Part shown: in pieces, positions 10,802-20,303 of the stretch
Layout: each line of letters begins with the position of its first letter
Numbering within the stretch: position 1 is the first letter of the stretch
Origin: a bacterium
Lineage (GTDB): Bacteria; CAYTYR01; UBA6262
Direction: 5' to 3'
Assembly (NCBI GenBank): GCA_028712365.1
Contig: JAQTQE010000004.1
Span: 13,806-77,805 of the forward strand
DNA length: 64,000 nt
Position numbers and translations under genes: made by a program
Notes under the pieces: model-generated
The model's input: only the letters and a program-made list of their open reading frames with translations
Told to the model about the DNA's origin: nothing
Database searches by the model: none

Positions 10802-12208
10802 ATGTTTAAAAAGTTCCAGCATATTCATTTTGTCGGTATTGGCGGCTCAGGGATGAGCGGCATAGCGGAGGTATTACTCAACCTGGGGTACAAGGTTTCC
10901 GGATCTGACTTGAAAGAAACTGAAACTATCAACCGGCTCAAGTCATTAGGCGGGGAAATTTTCATCGGTCATCGGGAATCAAATACTAAAAATGCCGATG
11001 TTGTAGTGGTTTCTACAGCGATCGATGTCAGCAATGTAGAGGTAACCGCGGCTATTCGTGATAAAGTTCCGGTTATCCCGAGGATAGAAATGCTGGCTGA
11101 GCTCATGCGGCTTAAATATGGCGTGGCCATAGCCGGCACGCACGGGAAGACCACGACGACTTCACTGGTGGCTCTGGTACTGGCCAAGGGCGGCCTGGAT
11201 CCGACTGCTATTATTGGCGGCAAACTGAATAATATCGGCAGTCATGCCAAGCTGGGACAGGGAGAATACCTGGTGGCGGAAGCAGACGAAAGCGACGGAT
11301 CTTTTCTGAAGCTGACCCCGACCATTGGCGTGATAACCAATATTGATAATGACCATCTTGATTACTGGAAATCGATCGAAAAATTACACCAGGGTTTTAT
11401 TGATTTTGCCAATAAAGTGCCATTTTATGGCAGTACCATAGTATGCGGAGATGATCCAGGCGTTCGCCAGATCATACCCCAGATCAAACGCCGGTATATC
11501 ACCTATGGTTTGGCAGTGAACCACATAAGTAATCACGACTTGATCGCTCAAAACATTGAGTTTTCCGGTTTTGGCACCCAGTTTGAAGTGGTTTATAATG
11601 AAAATACCCTGGGGCAAATTAAAATGCAGGTGCCGGGATTGCATAATGTGTATAATGCCCTGGCCGCTATTGGCGTCGGATTGGAGTTGGGCGTGCCTTT
11701 TGAAGTAATTAAAGAAGGATTGAGCGAATTCAGGGGCGTGGTCCGGCGGTTACAGTTAAAAGGAGAGATCAATAAGATCGTGGTTATGGATGATTATGGG
11801 CACCATCCGACCGAGATCAGGGCTACCCTGGATGCGATCAAGCGGTATTGGAAAGGGCGTCTGGTGGTCGTGTTCCAACCGCATCGTTTTTCCAGGACCA
11901 GACTGCTGATCGAGGAGTTTGGCAAAGTTTTTGGCCAGGCTGACGAACTTTTCGTCCTGGATATTTATTCTGCCGGGGAAAAATTCATTCCCGGTGTTGA
12001 TGCCCAGTTGCTGATCGATACTATAAAAAAGAACGGTTATAATAAAGTCCGGCATTTGCCCGGACGCAAGGAAGCAGTAGATTTCCTGGCCACTTACGTA
12101 AAGTCTGGCGACCTGGTCCTGACCCTGGGAGCCGGGGATGTCTGGAAGACCGGGGAAGAGTTATTAGAGCAGTTAGCCAGTGCTTCAAGAAATAGTACTA
12201 AGGTGTAA
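10802..12208 (+). CDS. murC: UDP-N-acetylmuramate--L-alanine ligase MurC
   Basis: N-terminal HFVGIGGSGMSGIAE and Mur ligase motif GTHGKTTTTS. I moved the start to the ATG at 10802, which follows a GGGG RBS. Confidence 0.9.
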   Translation: MFKKFQHIHFVGIGGSGMSGIAEVLLNLGYKVSGSDLKETETINRLKSLGGEIFIGHRESNTKNADVVVVSTAIDVSNVEVTAAIRDKVPVIPRIEMLAELMRLKYGVAIAGTHGKTTTTSLVALVLAKGGLDPTAIIGGKLNNIGSHAKLGQGEYLVAEADESDGSFLKLTPTIGVITNIDNDHLDYWKSIEKLHQGFIDFANKVPFYGSTIVCGDDPGVRQIIPQIKRRYITYGLAVNHISNHDLIAQNIEFSGFGTQFEVVYNENTLGQIKMQVPGLHNVYNALAAIGVGLELGVPFEVIKEGLSEFRGVVRRLQLKGEINKIVVMDDYGHHPTEIRATLDAIKRYWKGRLVVVFQPHRFSRTRLLIEEFGKVFGQADELFVLDIYSAGEKFIPGVDAQLLIDTIKKNGYNKVRHLPGRKEAVDFLATYVKSGDLVLTLGAGDVWKTGEELLEQLASASRNSTKV

Positions 12209-12211
12209 GTT

Positions 12212-12312
12212 TTAGAGGTAGGTTTGGTCTAAGGTCTGTTGGTGCTAGTCTCTAAACCACAAACTTTAGACATACTTCCATACCTACCTCTACAACCTTT
12301 ACCTATAACCAT
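12212..12312 (-). repeat. about 100-bp intergenic repeat element, copy A (inverted relative to copy B)
   Basis: The reverse complement of 12212-12312 aligns with 37646-37748 (shared ggtRaaggttgtagaRgtaggtatggaagta...ctaaagtttgtggttta...gaccaaacYtacYtcYaaaactta). Internal inverted symmetry. Confidence 0.7.
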
Positions 12313-12330
12313 CTTTTTTAAGGATAACTT

Positions 12331-13176
12331 ATGGAGTTGAAGAACCTAACTACGTTCCATATCGGGGGAAGAGCTCAGCATTTTTATATTGTTAATTCGA
12401 TCGTTGAACTGCAAGAGCGGCTGGAATACATCCGTGCGAAAAAAATGAAATATTATGTTCTTGGCAGTGGTTCCAATATCCTGGTACACGACCAGACACT
12501 GAAGGGTGTCGTTATCAAGCTTGGTCCCGGGTTCGCCAAAATACAAAAGAAGGGCAATTCTTTATTCGTTGGCGGAGCGGTGACGATACCAAAGTTGTTG
12601 TCATATTGCCGCGCCAATAACCTGGCCGGGGCTGAGTTTCTCTGGGGGATACCCGGGACAATGGGTGGAGCGGTAAAAGGTAATGCCGGGACTAAGGATA
12701 AAAGTATTTCCCGTATTATTAAGAGTTTAACCGGGATCTCCGGCTTGGGTAAAATTGAGCGTTTCCCGGTTGAAAAGATACTCTTCACTTACCGGGGGTC
12801 TAATATCGGCGACATTTTTATTATCACCGAAGTGGAATTGGCTTTACATAAAAGTTCTAAACGTGTTATAAGTACTAATACAAATAAATACCGACAGCTG
12901 CGCGACCAGCAGCCTAAAGGTTATTCTGCCGGCTGTATTTTTAAAAATCCTTCCGGCCAAAGTGCCGGAGCGCTCATCGAATTTGCCGGTTTAAAAGGAA
13001 GAATTAGTGGCGGTGCGGTGGTTTCCCCAAAGCACGCCAATTTTATAATTAACCGGAATGGACGGGCTAAAGCGAAAGATGTCTGGGAACTGATCAATTT
13101 GATCCGGCGAACAGTTGAGCAGACCAGCGATATAAAGCTGGAATTGGAAATAAAAACGTGGGGCGAGTTTAAATAA
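12331..13176 (+). CDS. murB: UDP-N-acetylenolpyruvoylglucosamine reductase MurB
   Basis: 281 aa. FAD-binding PCMH-type fold (GSGSNIL). dcw position. Confidence 0.85.
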   Translation: MELKNLTTFHIGGRAQHFYIVNSIVELQERLEYIRAKKMKYYVLGSGSNILVHDQTLKGVVIKLGPGFAKIQKKGNSLFVGGAVTIPKLLSYCRANNLAGAEFLWGIPGTMGGAVKGNAGTKDKSISRIIKSLTGISGLGKIERFPVEKILFTYRGSNIGDIFIITEVELALHKSSKRVISTNTNKYRQLRDQQPKGYSAGCIFKNPSGQSAGALIEFAGLKGRISGGAVVSPKHANFIINRNGRAKAKDVWELINLIRRTVEQTSDIKLELEIKTWGEFK

Positions 13177-13231
13177 ATACAGTTGATAGTTGATAGAAAA
13201 GACAATGGTAAAGTAGCGGAGGTTGGAAACA

Positions 13232-14146
13232 GTGAAATTAGGGACATTGAAAAATAAAACAATTGGCGTGCTGATGGGCGGTACCTCCAGTGAACGGGAA
13301 ATTTCGTTAAAGACTGGCCGATCCATTTACCAGGCGTTACGGGAAATGGGATATGAAGCTGTAGCGGTTGATGTCGGGAAAAATATTATTGCTGATCTGA
13401 AAAAGCATAAGGTCAACGTGGCTTTTGTTGCTTTGCACGGGCCGCTGGGAGAAGACGGCAGTATCCAGGGATTACTGGAAGTATTAGGTATCCCTTATAC
13501 GAGCAGCGGGGTTTTGGCCAGTGCCCTGGCTATGGATAAAGCTAAAACCAAAGAAATTTTCCAGTCTTATAAGATCCCTACTCCGGCCTGGCAAGTGATA
13601 AAAAAAGGTCACAAAGCTAAAATTCATAAATTCCCGGTCGTAGTGAAGCCTGTACGGCAAGGTTCAGCTGTCGGCGTGAGCATTATCGATAAGCCGGCGC
13701 AGTTGTCGCTGGCTTTGCGAAAAAGTTTTCGCTACGATGAGCAGGCCATGGTCGAACAATATGTCCAGGGCATTGAATTGACCGTCGGTATATTGAATGA
13801 TAAACCATTACCGGTGATCAGGATCATTCCGCAAAACAAATTTTATGATTTTGAATCTAAATATGCTCCCGGCGGCAGCCAGCATCTTATTCCCGCGGGC
13901 ATTTCTGCCGCGGCAGAGAAAAAAGCCAGGCTTCTGGGACTGGCGGCACATCAAGCCCTAGGTTGCCGCGGCGCTACCAGGGTAGATATGATCCTGGACA
14001 AAAAGGGCAGGTTATTTGTTTTAGAGGTGAATACTATTCCTGGAATGACAGAAACAAGTTTATTGCCTGATGCCGCCAGAGCAGCCGGATATAGCTTCAA
14101 TACTTTAGTCCTGGCTATTTTACGGGATGCCGGGTTAGGCAAATGA
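13232..14146 (+). CDS. ddl: D-alanine--D-alanine ligase Ddl
   Basis: ATP-grasp fold. N-terminal GVLMGGTSSEREISL. A GTG start at 13232 with GGAGG 8 nt upstream is preferred. A TTG at 13223 is the alternative. Confidence 0.88.
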   Translation: MKLGTLKNKTIGVLMGGTSSEREISLKTGRSIYQALREMGYEAVAVDVGKNIIADLKKHKVNVAFVALHGPLGEDGSIQGLLEVLGIPYTSSGVLASALAMDKAKTKEIFQSYKIPTPAWQVIKKGHKAKIHKFPVVVKPVRQGSAVGVSIIDKPAQLSLALRKSFRYDEQAMVEQYVQGIELTVGILNDKPLPVIRIIPQNKFYDFESKYAPGGSQHLIPAGISAAAEKKARLLGLAAHQALGCRGATRVDMILDKKGRLFVLEVNTIPGMTETSLLPDAARAAGYSFNTLVLAILRDAGLGK

Positions 14147-14162
14147 CCAAGAGGCAGGATGC

Positions 14163-14960
14163 ATGCCTGTAAAAAGGATAAATAAAAAAAGAAAATGGAA
14201 CTCCCGTATAAAAAAGCGCCGGAAACAGACTTTATATTTTAACGCCCGGGTAAAGAAAAGCGCTTTAGGTATAGGGATCCTGGCGGTTCTATTGGCCGCC
14301 GGGTGGTTTGGTTATCAGAAAATAATGGCCACTCTGGTCAACAGCCAGCGGTGCCTGCTGACTGAAGTTGAAATTAAAAATCTTAAATATTTGCCACAGC
14401 ACGAAATATTGCGTCTGGCCAATATTCCCAGTGGAGTGAATATTTTTGCTTTGCCGCTCAAGGAGATAGAAACACGGATCGAAACTAACCCCCTGGTCAA
14501 AAAAGCCCAGATCGACCGCAAATGGCCGAGTGCCCTGATCATCAATATCCAGGAACGCGAACCATTGGCTAAGATCATAGACCAGGAACAGGAATACCTG
14601 CTTGATAATGAAATAAAAGCGATCAAGAATCCTTTATCCTATTCCATCCCTTTACCTGTCTTATCTGGTTTGTCATTGCAGGATGCCCGCTTACCAGGTT
14701 TGATGAAGTTTTTGTTTGTCTTGCGCAAACAGGGGCTAGGTATTTTTCAGCAGACAGTCAGTTTTACGATGGACACAGCCAAAGGATTGATCATGCAATT
14801 GAGCAGCGGCCTGACCTTATATTGGGGAGACCCGGACACCGGTAAAGTTATGGAAAATATGCGCCGGTTGAAACTGGTGCAGGATGACCTGGATAGCAAA
14901 GGAATATCTCTGCAATATATTGACTTGCGTTTCAAAAATGTGGTAGTAAAACCATTATAG
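14163..14960 (+). CDS. ftsQ: cell division protein FtsQ (POTRA domain)
   Basis: 265 aa. Basic N-terminus plus one transmembrane segment, then a POTRA-like region. Located between ddl and ftsA. Confidence 0.8.
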   Translation: MPVKRINKKRKWNSRIKKRRKQTLYFNARVKKSALGIGILAVLLAAGWFGYQKIMATLVNSQRCLLTEVEIKNLKYLPQHEILRLANIPSGVNIFALPLKEIETRIETNPLVKKAQIDRKWPSALIINIQEREPLAKIIDQEQEYLLDNEIKAIKNPLSYSIPLPVLSGLSLQDARLPGLMKFLFVLRKQGLGIFQQTVSFTMDTAKGLIMQLSSGLTLYWGDPDTGKVMENMRRLKLVQDDLDSKGISLQYIDLRFKNVVVKPL

Positions 14961-15082
14961 GAGATACAAACCCGAAATCCTAATATCGAAATACTAAACT
15001 CTTTTGTTTTGAAATTTGAATTTTGAGATTATTTCGGATTTAGAAATTAGAATTTAGAATTTGACTGTAATGGAGGAATGAA
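14961..15082. repeat. AT-rich intergenic element of the same family, ftsQ|ftsA spacer
   Basis: Left arm ccgaaatcctaatatcgaaatactaaac. Right arm atttcggatttagaaattagaatttagaatttg. Confidence 0.5.
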
Positions 15083-16318
15083 TTGGGCAAGAATAATTTT
15101 GTAGTCGGTTTGGATGTGGGTACAAGTAAAGTTTCAGCCTGCATCGGGCAATTGAATGACAATGATCAGATCCAGATAATCGGGATCGGGCAGGCCGTCA
15201 GTGAAGGAGTGAAGCAGGGCATGATCACTGACCTGGAAAGAGCGACTAAAGCGGTCAGCAAAGCTATCGAAGAAGCTGAAAAGATCTCCGGGGTGGATAT
15301 CAGTGAAGTATCCCTGGGGGTTGGCGGGAGCCATATCAAAAGCCAGCATAGCCGCGGAGTGATCGCTATCTCGCGCACTGATAAGGAAATCACGCCTAAA
15401 GATGTTGAAAGGGTGATTGACCAGGCGCGCGCTATTCCCGTACCGCTGGAACAGGAAGTGATCGATGTCTTACCCCAGCGTTATATTATCGATGACCAGG
15501 ATGGGATCGTTGATCCTATAGGTATGTCCGGTATCCGGCTGGAAACAGAAGTGCTGATCATTTCCGGCGGTGTAGCCGCGATCCAGAATATGGTCAAAGT
15601 GGTTAATAAGGCCGGTCTGAGAATAAAGGACCTGGTCGTGGGCAGCCTGGCAGTAAGCTCTAGTGTGCTGCTGAAAGACGAGAAGGAACTCGGCGTGGCC
15701 CTGGTCGATATCGGCGGCGGTAAAACCGATATCGCCGTTTTTATTGAAGGCAATATCCGCTACCTGGGCAGCTTGCCGGTAGGCGGAGAGCTTATTTCCA
15801 AAGATATCGCTTTCGGTTTACGCACTTCATTTAAAGAAGCGGAAGAAATAAAGAAAGAATATGGCTGGGCCAAGAGGGATCTGATCACCAATGCCGGGGA
15901 AATATCCGTCACCGGGATCGGCCGGAGAGAAGCCCGTAAAGTACCGGTTGAAGCTCTGGTGGAAATAATTGAACCAAGAATGGAAGAAATATTAAATATC
16001 ATCAATAAAGAGATCCAGAAGAGCAATTTAGCTGAACTTATTCCCAGCGGCCTGATCCTGACCGGCGGGGCTTCCCAATTACGGGGACTGGAACAATATG
16101 CTGAACAGGTATTTGGCATGCCTACCAGGATCGGGGCGCCTCAGGAAATGCTCGGCATGTCATCCCAGTCGCAGAATTCCGGAGCGGCTTTGAGCATGGG
16201 ACTGGTCCAGCTTTCTTTGCAGGAAGCCATGGAAAGCGGACATTACTACAAAAAAGGAAAAACCAAGCTGTTCGAGCCTATCGAGCGCTGGAAACATTGG
16301 CTGGAAGACATATTTTAA
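15083..16318 (+). CDS. ftsA: cell division protein FtsA (actin-like ATPase)
   Basis: 411 aa. GLDVGTSKV phosphate-1 motif. TTG start with GGAGG RBS. Confidence 0.9.
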   Translation: MGKNNFVVGLDVGTSKVSACIGQLNDNDQIQIIGIGQAVSEGVKQGMITDLERATKAVSKAIEEAEKISGVDISEVSLGVGGSHIKSQHSRGVIAISRTDKEITPKDVERVIDQARAIPVPLEQEVIDVLPQRYIIDDQDGIVDPIGMSGIRLETEVLIISGGVAAIQNMVKVVNKAGLRIKDLVVGSLAVSSSVLLKDEKELGVALVDIGGGKTDIAVFIEGNIRYLGSLPVGGELISKDIAFGLRTSFKEAEEIKKEYGWAKRDLITNAGEISVTGIGRREARKVPVEALVEIIEPRMEEILNIINKEIQKSNLAELIPSGLILTGGASQLRGLEQYAEQVFGMPTRIGAPQEMLGMSSQSQNSGAALSMGLVQLSLQEAMESGHYYKKGKTKLFEPIERWKHWLEDIF

Positions 16319-16320
16319 AG

Positions 16321-16430
16321 CCGAATAAAAAGCGCGAATTTCTCGAATAAGTCCATAACCATTTAGTTTTTATTCGCGTAATTAGCTGTCCTGTCTATCG
16401 GTAGGCGGGCATTCGTGTAATTCGCATAAA
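16321..16430 (+). repeat. intergenic repeat family (CGAATAAAAG...TAATTAGCTRTCCTGYCTA..TAGGCRGGCATTCGYGTWATTCG), copy upstream of ftsZ
   Basis: Shares about 70% identity with 29409-29486, including a central palindrome (CCTGCCTAGGCAGG in the gmk copy) flanked by ATTCG-containing direct repeats. Confidence 0.65.
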
Positions 16431-16443
16431 AAGGAGTATCTTA

Positions 16444-17604
16444 GTGTCTTCATTGAAGTTTCGGGAAACATTTGCTCAATCTGCTAATATTAAGGTTATT
16501 GGTGTCGGCGGCGGCGGCGGGAACGCGGTCAACCGTATGGTCATGGCCAATATCAAAGGCGTTGATTTTATCGCTGCCAATACCGATGCGCAAGCTTTAA
16601 AATATTCACTGGCGCCGCAACGGCTGCAGCTGGGAGAAAGAGCCACCCGGGGATTGGGAGTGGGCGGTGACCCGAGTATCGGCAAGAAAGCGGCTGAAGA
16701 ATCCAAAGCCTTGATCAAAGAAACTTTACGCGGGGCGGATATGGTATTTGTAACTGCCGGTTTTGGCGGCGGGACAGGTACCGGCGGGGCGCCGGTGGTG
16801 GCGGATATAGCCAAAAGTATTGGCGCCTTAACCGTTGGGGTGGTCACTAAACCATTTATGTTCGAAGGCAAGGTCAGGGCCAAACAGGCGGAAGAAGGGC
16901 TTAACGAACTCAGGAGCAAAGTTGATACCTTGCTGGTGATCCCAAACCAGAAATTATTTTCTGTCATTGATAAAAACACATCCTTGCTGGATACATTTAA
17001 AAAAGTTGATGAAGTATTACAGCGCGCGGTACAGAGTATCAGCGATATTATCACGCAGCACGGGGTAGTAAATGTGGATTTTGCCGATGTTCGTACCATT
17101 ATGCAGAGTTCAGGCAACGCCCTGATGGGCGCCGGTATGGCCAACGGGCAGAACCGGGCCCGTATCGCCGCGGAAAAGGCAGTCACCTCACCGCTACTGG
17201 AAGATGTCAGTATTAACGGCGCCAATAAAGTATTGGTTAATATTACCGGCGGGTTGAACCTGACCATGTACGAAACTGAACAGATCATGACGGTAATGCA
17301 TAATTATATTTCTTCTGACGCCAATGTGATCTTCGGCGCCGTGTTTGATGATAAATTGCAGGAAGAGTTGAAAGTCACGGTTATTGCTACCGGATTTTCG
17401 CCGCATAAAGAATCCGCCCGTCACCATTATACGCAAGGATTTAGTCAGGAAAAGCAGCGGCCTTTACCTTTGCCATTAGAAGAAGAGGAGGACCTTTCAG
17501 TGCCAGATCCCCGGGATAAAGGATTTAACAAGGGAGATATCAATGTCCCTGCTTTCATACGTAAACAAAAGGGCCTAAGGGAGGAATCTGAAAGTGAAGC
17601 TTGA
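16444..17604 (+). CDS. ftsZ: cell division GTPase FtsZ
   Basis: 386 aa. Tubulin signature GGGTGTG. GTG start with AAGGAG RBS. Confidence 0.95.
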   Translation: MSSLKFRETFAQSANIKVIGVGGGGGNAVNRMVMANIKGVDFIAANTDAQALKYSLAPQRLQLGERATRGLGVGGDPSIGKKAAEESKALIKETLRGADMVFVTAGFGGGTGTGGAPVVADIAKSIGALTVGVVTKPFMFEGKVRAKQAEEGLNELRSKVDTLLVIPNQKLFSVIDKNTSLLDTFKKVDEVLQRAVQSISDIITQHGVVNVDFADVRTIMQSSGNALMGAGMANGQNRARIAAEKAVTSPLLEDVSINGANKVLVNITGGLNLTMYETEQIMTVMHNYISSDANVIFGAVFDDKLQEELKVTVIATGFSPHKESARHHYTQGFSQEKQRPLPLPLEEEEDLSVPDPRDKGFNKGDINVPAFIRKQKGLREESESEA

Positions 17605-18697
17605 TAATCTAGATGACCTGCTCAGACATATGGTGGAGCGCAAAGCCAGTGACCTGCATTTGCGGGTAGGCTTGCATCCAATTTTGCGGATCAACGAAGA
17701 ATTAGTGCACACTGAATATGATCCGATGAGTAAAGAGGATATTGAAAGATTGGCCTTGGGGATCATGAATGAAGAACAAAAGCAAATGTTCAAGCATGAT
17801 CATGAACTGGATATGGCCTATAGCGTCAGCGGCTTGGCCAGGTTCAGGCTCAATGTGTTTTTTCAACGCGGTACGGTCAGCATGGCGCTCAGAATGGTAC
17901 CGATCCAGATCCTCGGTTATGAGGAATTGAATTTGCCTCCTATTATCGCCACTCTCTCAGAAAAACCGAGAGGTTTAGTGCTGGTCACAGGCACTACCGG
18001 CAGCGGTAAATCAACTACCCTGGCGGCGATGGTGGACCATATCAATACCACCCGGAAAGCGCATATCATTACGATCGAAGATCCGATCGAGTTCCTGCAT
18101 AAGGATAAATTAAGTATCTTGAGCCAAAGGGAAGTGGGACTTGATACTCGTAATTTTGTCACGGCTTTACGTCATGTAATGAGACAGGATCCAAATGTGG
18201 TCTTGATCGGTGAAATGCGTGATCTGGAAACTATGTCTTCCGCCTTAACCGCGGCCCAGCTTGGTCATTTGGTCCTGAGCACTTTGCACACTATTGACGC
18301 GGTACAAACTATTTCACGTATCATTGACCTCTTCCCGCCTTACCAACAAACCCAGGTCCGTTTGCAGATGGCCAATACTTTACAGGGAGTTATCTCCCAG
18401 CGCTTATTGCCCAGGATCGACCAGCCTGGCCTGGTACCGGCAGTGGAAATATTGATCGCCACTCCTTATGTTAAGAAATTAATAGAGGAAAACAATCTCG
18501 GTGATTTGCGCAAAGCTATCCAGGAAGGCGGGTACTACGGTATGCAGTCGTTTAACCAGGCCTTGGTAGCCTTGTATAAAGGAGGCAAAGTATCTCTGGA
18601 AGAAGCCTTATCCAGTGCTTCCAATCCTGAAGAGCTGATGCTGAACATCAGAGGTATATATTCTGGCAGCGATATGAGCCTGGGCAAGGAAAAATGA
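17594..18697 (+). CDS. pilT: type IV pilus retraction ATPase PilT-family (twitching motility protein)
   Basis: 367 aa. Walker A GTTGSGKSTT. PilT/PilU-type hexameric secretion ATPase core. GTG start overlapping the ftsZ stop by 11 nt. Confidence 0.85.
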   Translation: MKLDNLDDLLRHMVERKASDLHLRVGLHPILRINEELVHTEYDPMSKEDIERLALGIMNEEQKQMFKHDHELDMAYSVSGLARFRLNVFFQRGTVSMALRMVPIQILGYEELNLPPIIATLSEKPRGLVLVTGTTGSGKSTTLAAMVDHINTTRKAHIITIEDPIEFLHKDKLSILSQREVGLDTRNFVTALRHVMRQDPNVVLIGEMRDLETMSSALTAAQLGHLVLSTLHTIDAVQTISRIIDLFPPYQQTQVRLQMANTLQGVISQRLLPRIDQPGLVPAVEILIATPYVKKLIEENNLGDLRKAIQEGGYYGMQSFNQALVALYKGGKVSLEEALSSASNPEELMLNIRGIYSGSDMSLGKEK

Positions 18698-19407
18698 CGC
18701 GAGCGCCATTTGTTTTGCCTCGGTTTTTCAAGGATAAGACTATCCTCCAGGGAACTACTACGGTTTCCCTGGGGGATTTTAATTTTTTCCACGGCGGCAG
18801 CAAGAGGCAGGTTCGCGAGGATATAAATAACCTGAAAAAATTACTGGGCTGTAATACCGCTCCGCTAGTGTTGGTGCAACAGGTCCATGGCTGCCGGATA
18901 AAAGCCGTCCGGACGAAACCAAAAACAGGATTATCATATTTCCCAGGTTATGACGCTTTAATAACCGAAAAACGAGGTTTGATGCTTGGTATTCTCACCG
19001 CTGATTGCCTGCCGGTATTTTTGTACGACCAGCGCCGGAAAGTCATTGGCTTGGCGCATGCTGGCTGGCGTGGCATAGCCAAAGATATAGTGCCGGCTAC
19101 TATCAAGCAGATGAATAAGTTGTATCACACCAGACCAGCGGATATAATTGCCGGCATTGGCCCGCATATTTCAGCAAGGCATTATGAAATAGACGCCGCT
19201 ACAGCCAAAAAGCTGGGTTTACAGGCCAAAGGCGGGATCCAGGCTGACTTGGCTGGTTTAGTAGAAGAGCAATTGGCGCGGTCTGGTATCCCAAAGCGTT
19301 CCATTGAAACTTCCTTGATCTGCACCTATTCTTCCAAGCACTGCTACTCTTATCGCCGCCAAGGGAAAAAAGCTGGCCGGCTGTTATCTTTTCTATTGCT
19401 AAAATAG
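18694..19407 (+). CDS. pgeF: peptidoglycan editing factor PgeF / YfiH (LACC1/DUF152 family)
   Basis: 237 aa. Conserved H..C..H residues (QVHGC, TADCLPV, HAGWRG). ylmD-like position downstream of ftsZ. Confidence 0.8.
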   Translation: MTRAPFVLPRFFKDKTILQGTTTVSLGDFNFFHGGSKRQVREDINNLKKLLGCNTAPLVLVQQVHGCRIKAVRTKPKTGLSYFPGYDALITEKRGLMLGILTADCLPVFLYDQRRKVIGLAHAGWRGIAKDIVPATIKQMNKLYHTRPADIIAGIGPHISARHYEIDAATAKKLGLQAKGGIQADLAGLVEEQLARSGIPKRSIETSLICTYSSKHCYSYRRQGKKAGRLLSFLLLK

Positions 19408-19435
19408 CTGATTCTTGCTATAATCAAACTTTAAT

Positions 19436-20122
19436 ATGAATACTATTTATGAGAACGTAAATAATATACGGTCGATAATTTCCAGGCAGGCTGCTCTTGC
19501 AGGGCGGAATGCCGCGGAAATTACTTTGGTCGCTGTAACTAAGACTGTAGCCCCGGAACTGATCCAGGATGCTTTATCTGCCGGGGTGACTGATATAGGT
19601 GAGAATAAGGTACAAGAAGCGCTCACTAAAAATACCCGGTTGGGTACCGCGGCGCATTGGCACTTGATCGGTCATCTGCAATCCAACAAAGCTAAAGCCG
19701 CCGTACAACTGTTTGAATTGATCCATTCGGTAGACTCCCTGAAACTGGCCGAGGCTATTGATAAGGAAGCTGGCAAGATAGGGAAAAAACAGCGTATCCT
19801 GATCGAGGTTAATGTTTCAGGAGAGGAAAGTAAATTCGGTTGTTCTCCTGAGGCGGTGATCGAACTGGTAAGGTCTGCCAGCCGCGGAAATAATTTGCAG
19901 ATCGAAGGACTGATGACCATGGCTCCGTTCACTGCCGATAAGGACCGGATCCATTCCGTATTCAGGGGACTAAGGGAATTGAAAGAAAGAATAAACAGCG
20001 AGCAAATACCAAATGTGGTCATGAAACATCTTTCCATGGGCATGTCCCAGGATTTTGAGATCGCTATTGCTGAAGGAGCCACTTTAGTACGGGTAGGGAC
20101 AGCGATCTTCGGAGGCAGATAG
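19436..20122 (+). CDS. yggS: PLP homeostasis protein YggS/YlmE (alanine-racemase N-domain fold)
   Basis: 228 aa. TIM-barrel PLP-binding family, AVTK PLP-lysine context. ylmE position. Confidence 0.85.
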   Translation: MNTIYENVNNIRSIISRQAALAGRNAAEITLVAVTKTVAPELIQDALSAGVTDIGENKVQEALTKNTRLGTAAHWHLIGHLQSNKAKAAVQLFELIHSVDSLKLAEAIDKEAGKIGKKQRILIEVNVSGEESKFGCSPEAVIELVRSASRGNNLQIEGLMTMAPFTADKDRIHSVFRGLRELKERINSEQIPNVVMKHLSMGMSQDFEIAIAEGATLVRVGTAIFGGR

Positions 20123-20210
20123 ATATAGTTGATAGAACGCTGCGCTGGTAGTTGATAGTTGATCGAAAGAGCGGAAAAAAAACAGTCACTTAAAAAGATA
20201 AAACAGCTTT

Positions 20211-20245
20211 AATCCGCGTAATCATGTTCTATAATTCGCGTAATC
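20211..20245 (+). promoter_or_regulatory. tandem AATYCGCGTAATC motif pair (22-bp phasing) upstream of proC
   Basis: aatccgcgtaatc at 20211-20223 and aattcgcgtaatc at 20233-20245. Confidence 0.45.
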
Positions 20246-20303
20246 TATGTACTGATAATAGAAAATAGTTGTAACTACTTAGACTGTAGATAAGAGGTAA
20301 ACA

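Noticed and set aside
16476-17288. 270-aa minus-strand ORF antisense to ftsZ
   Set aside because: Shadow ORF of the Gly/Ala-rich ftsZ coding region. No RBS or motif. ftsZ on the + strand is unambiguous.
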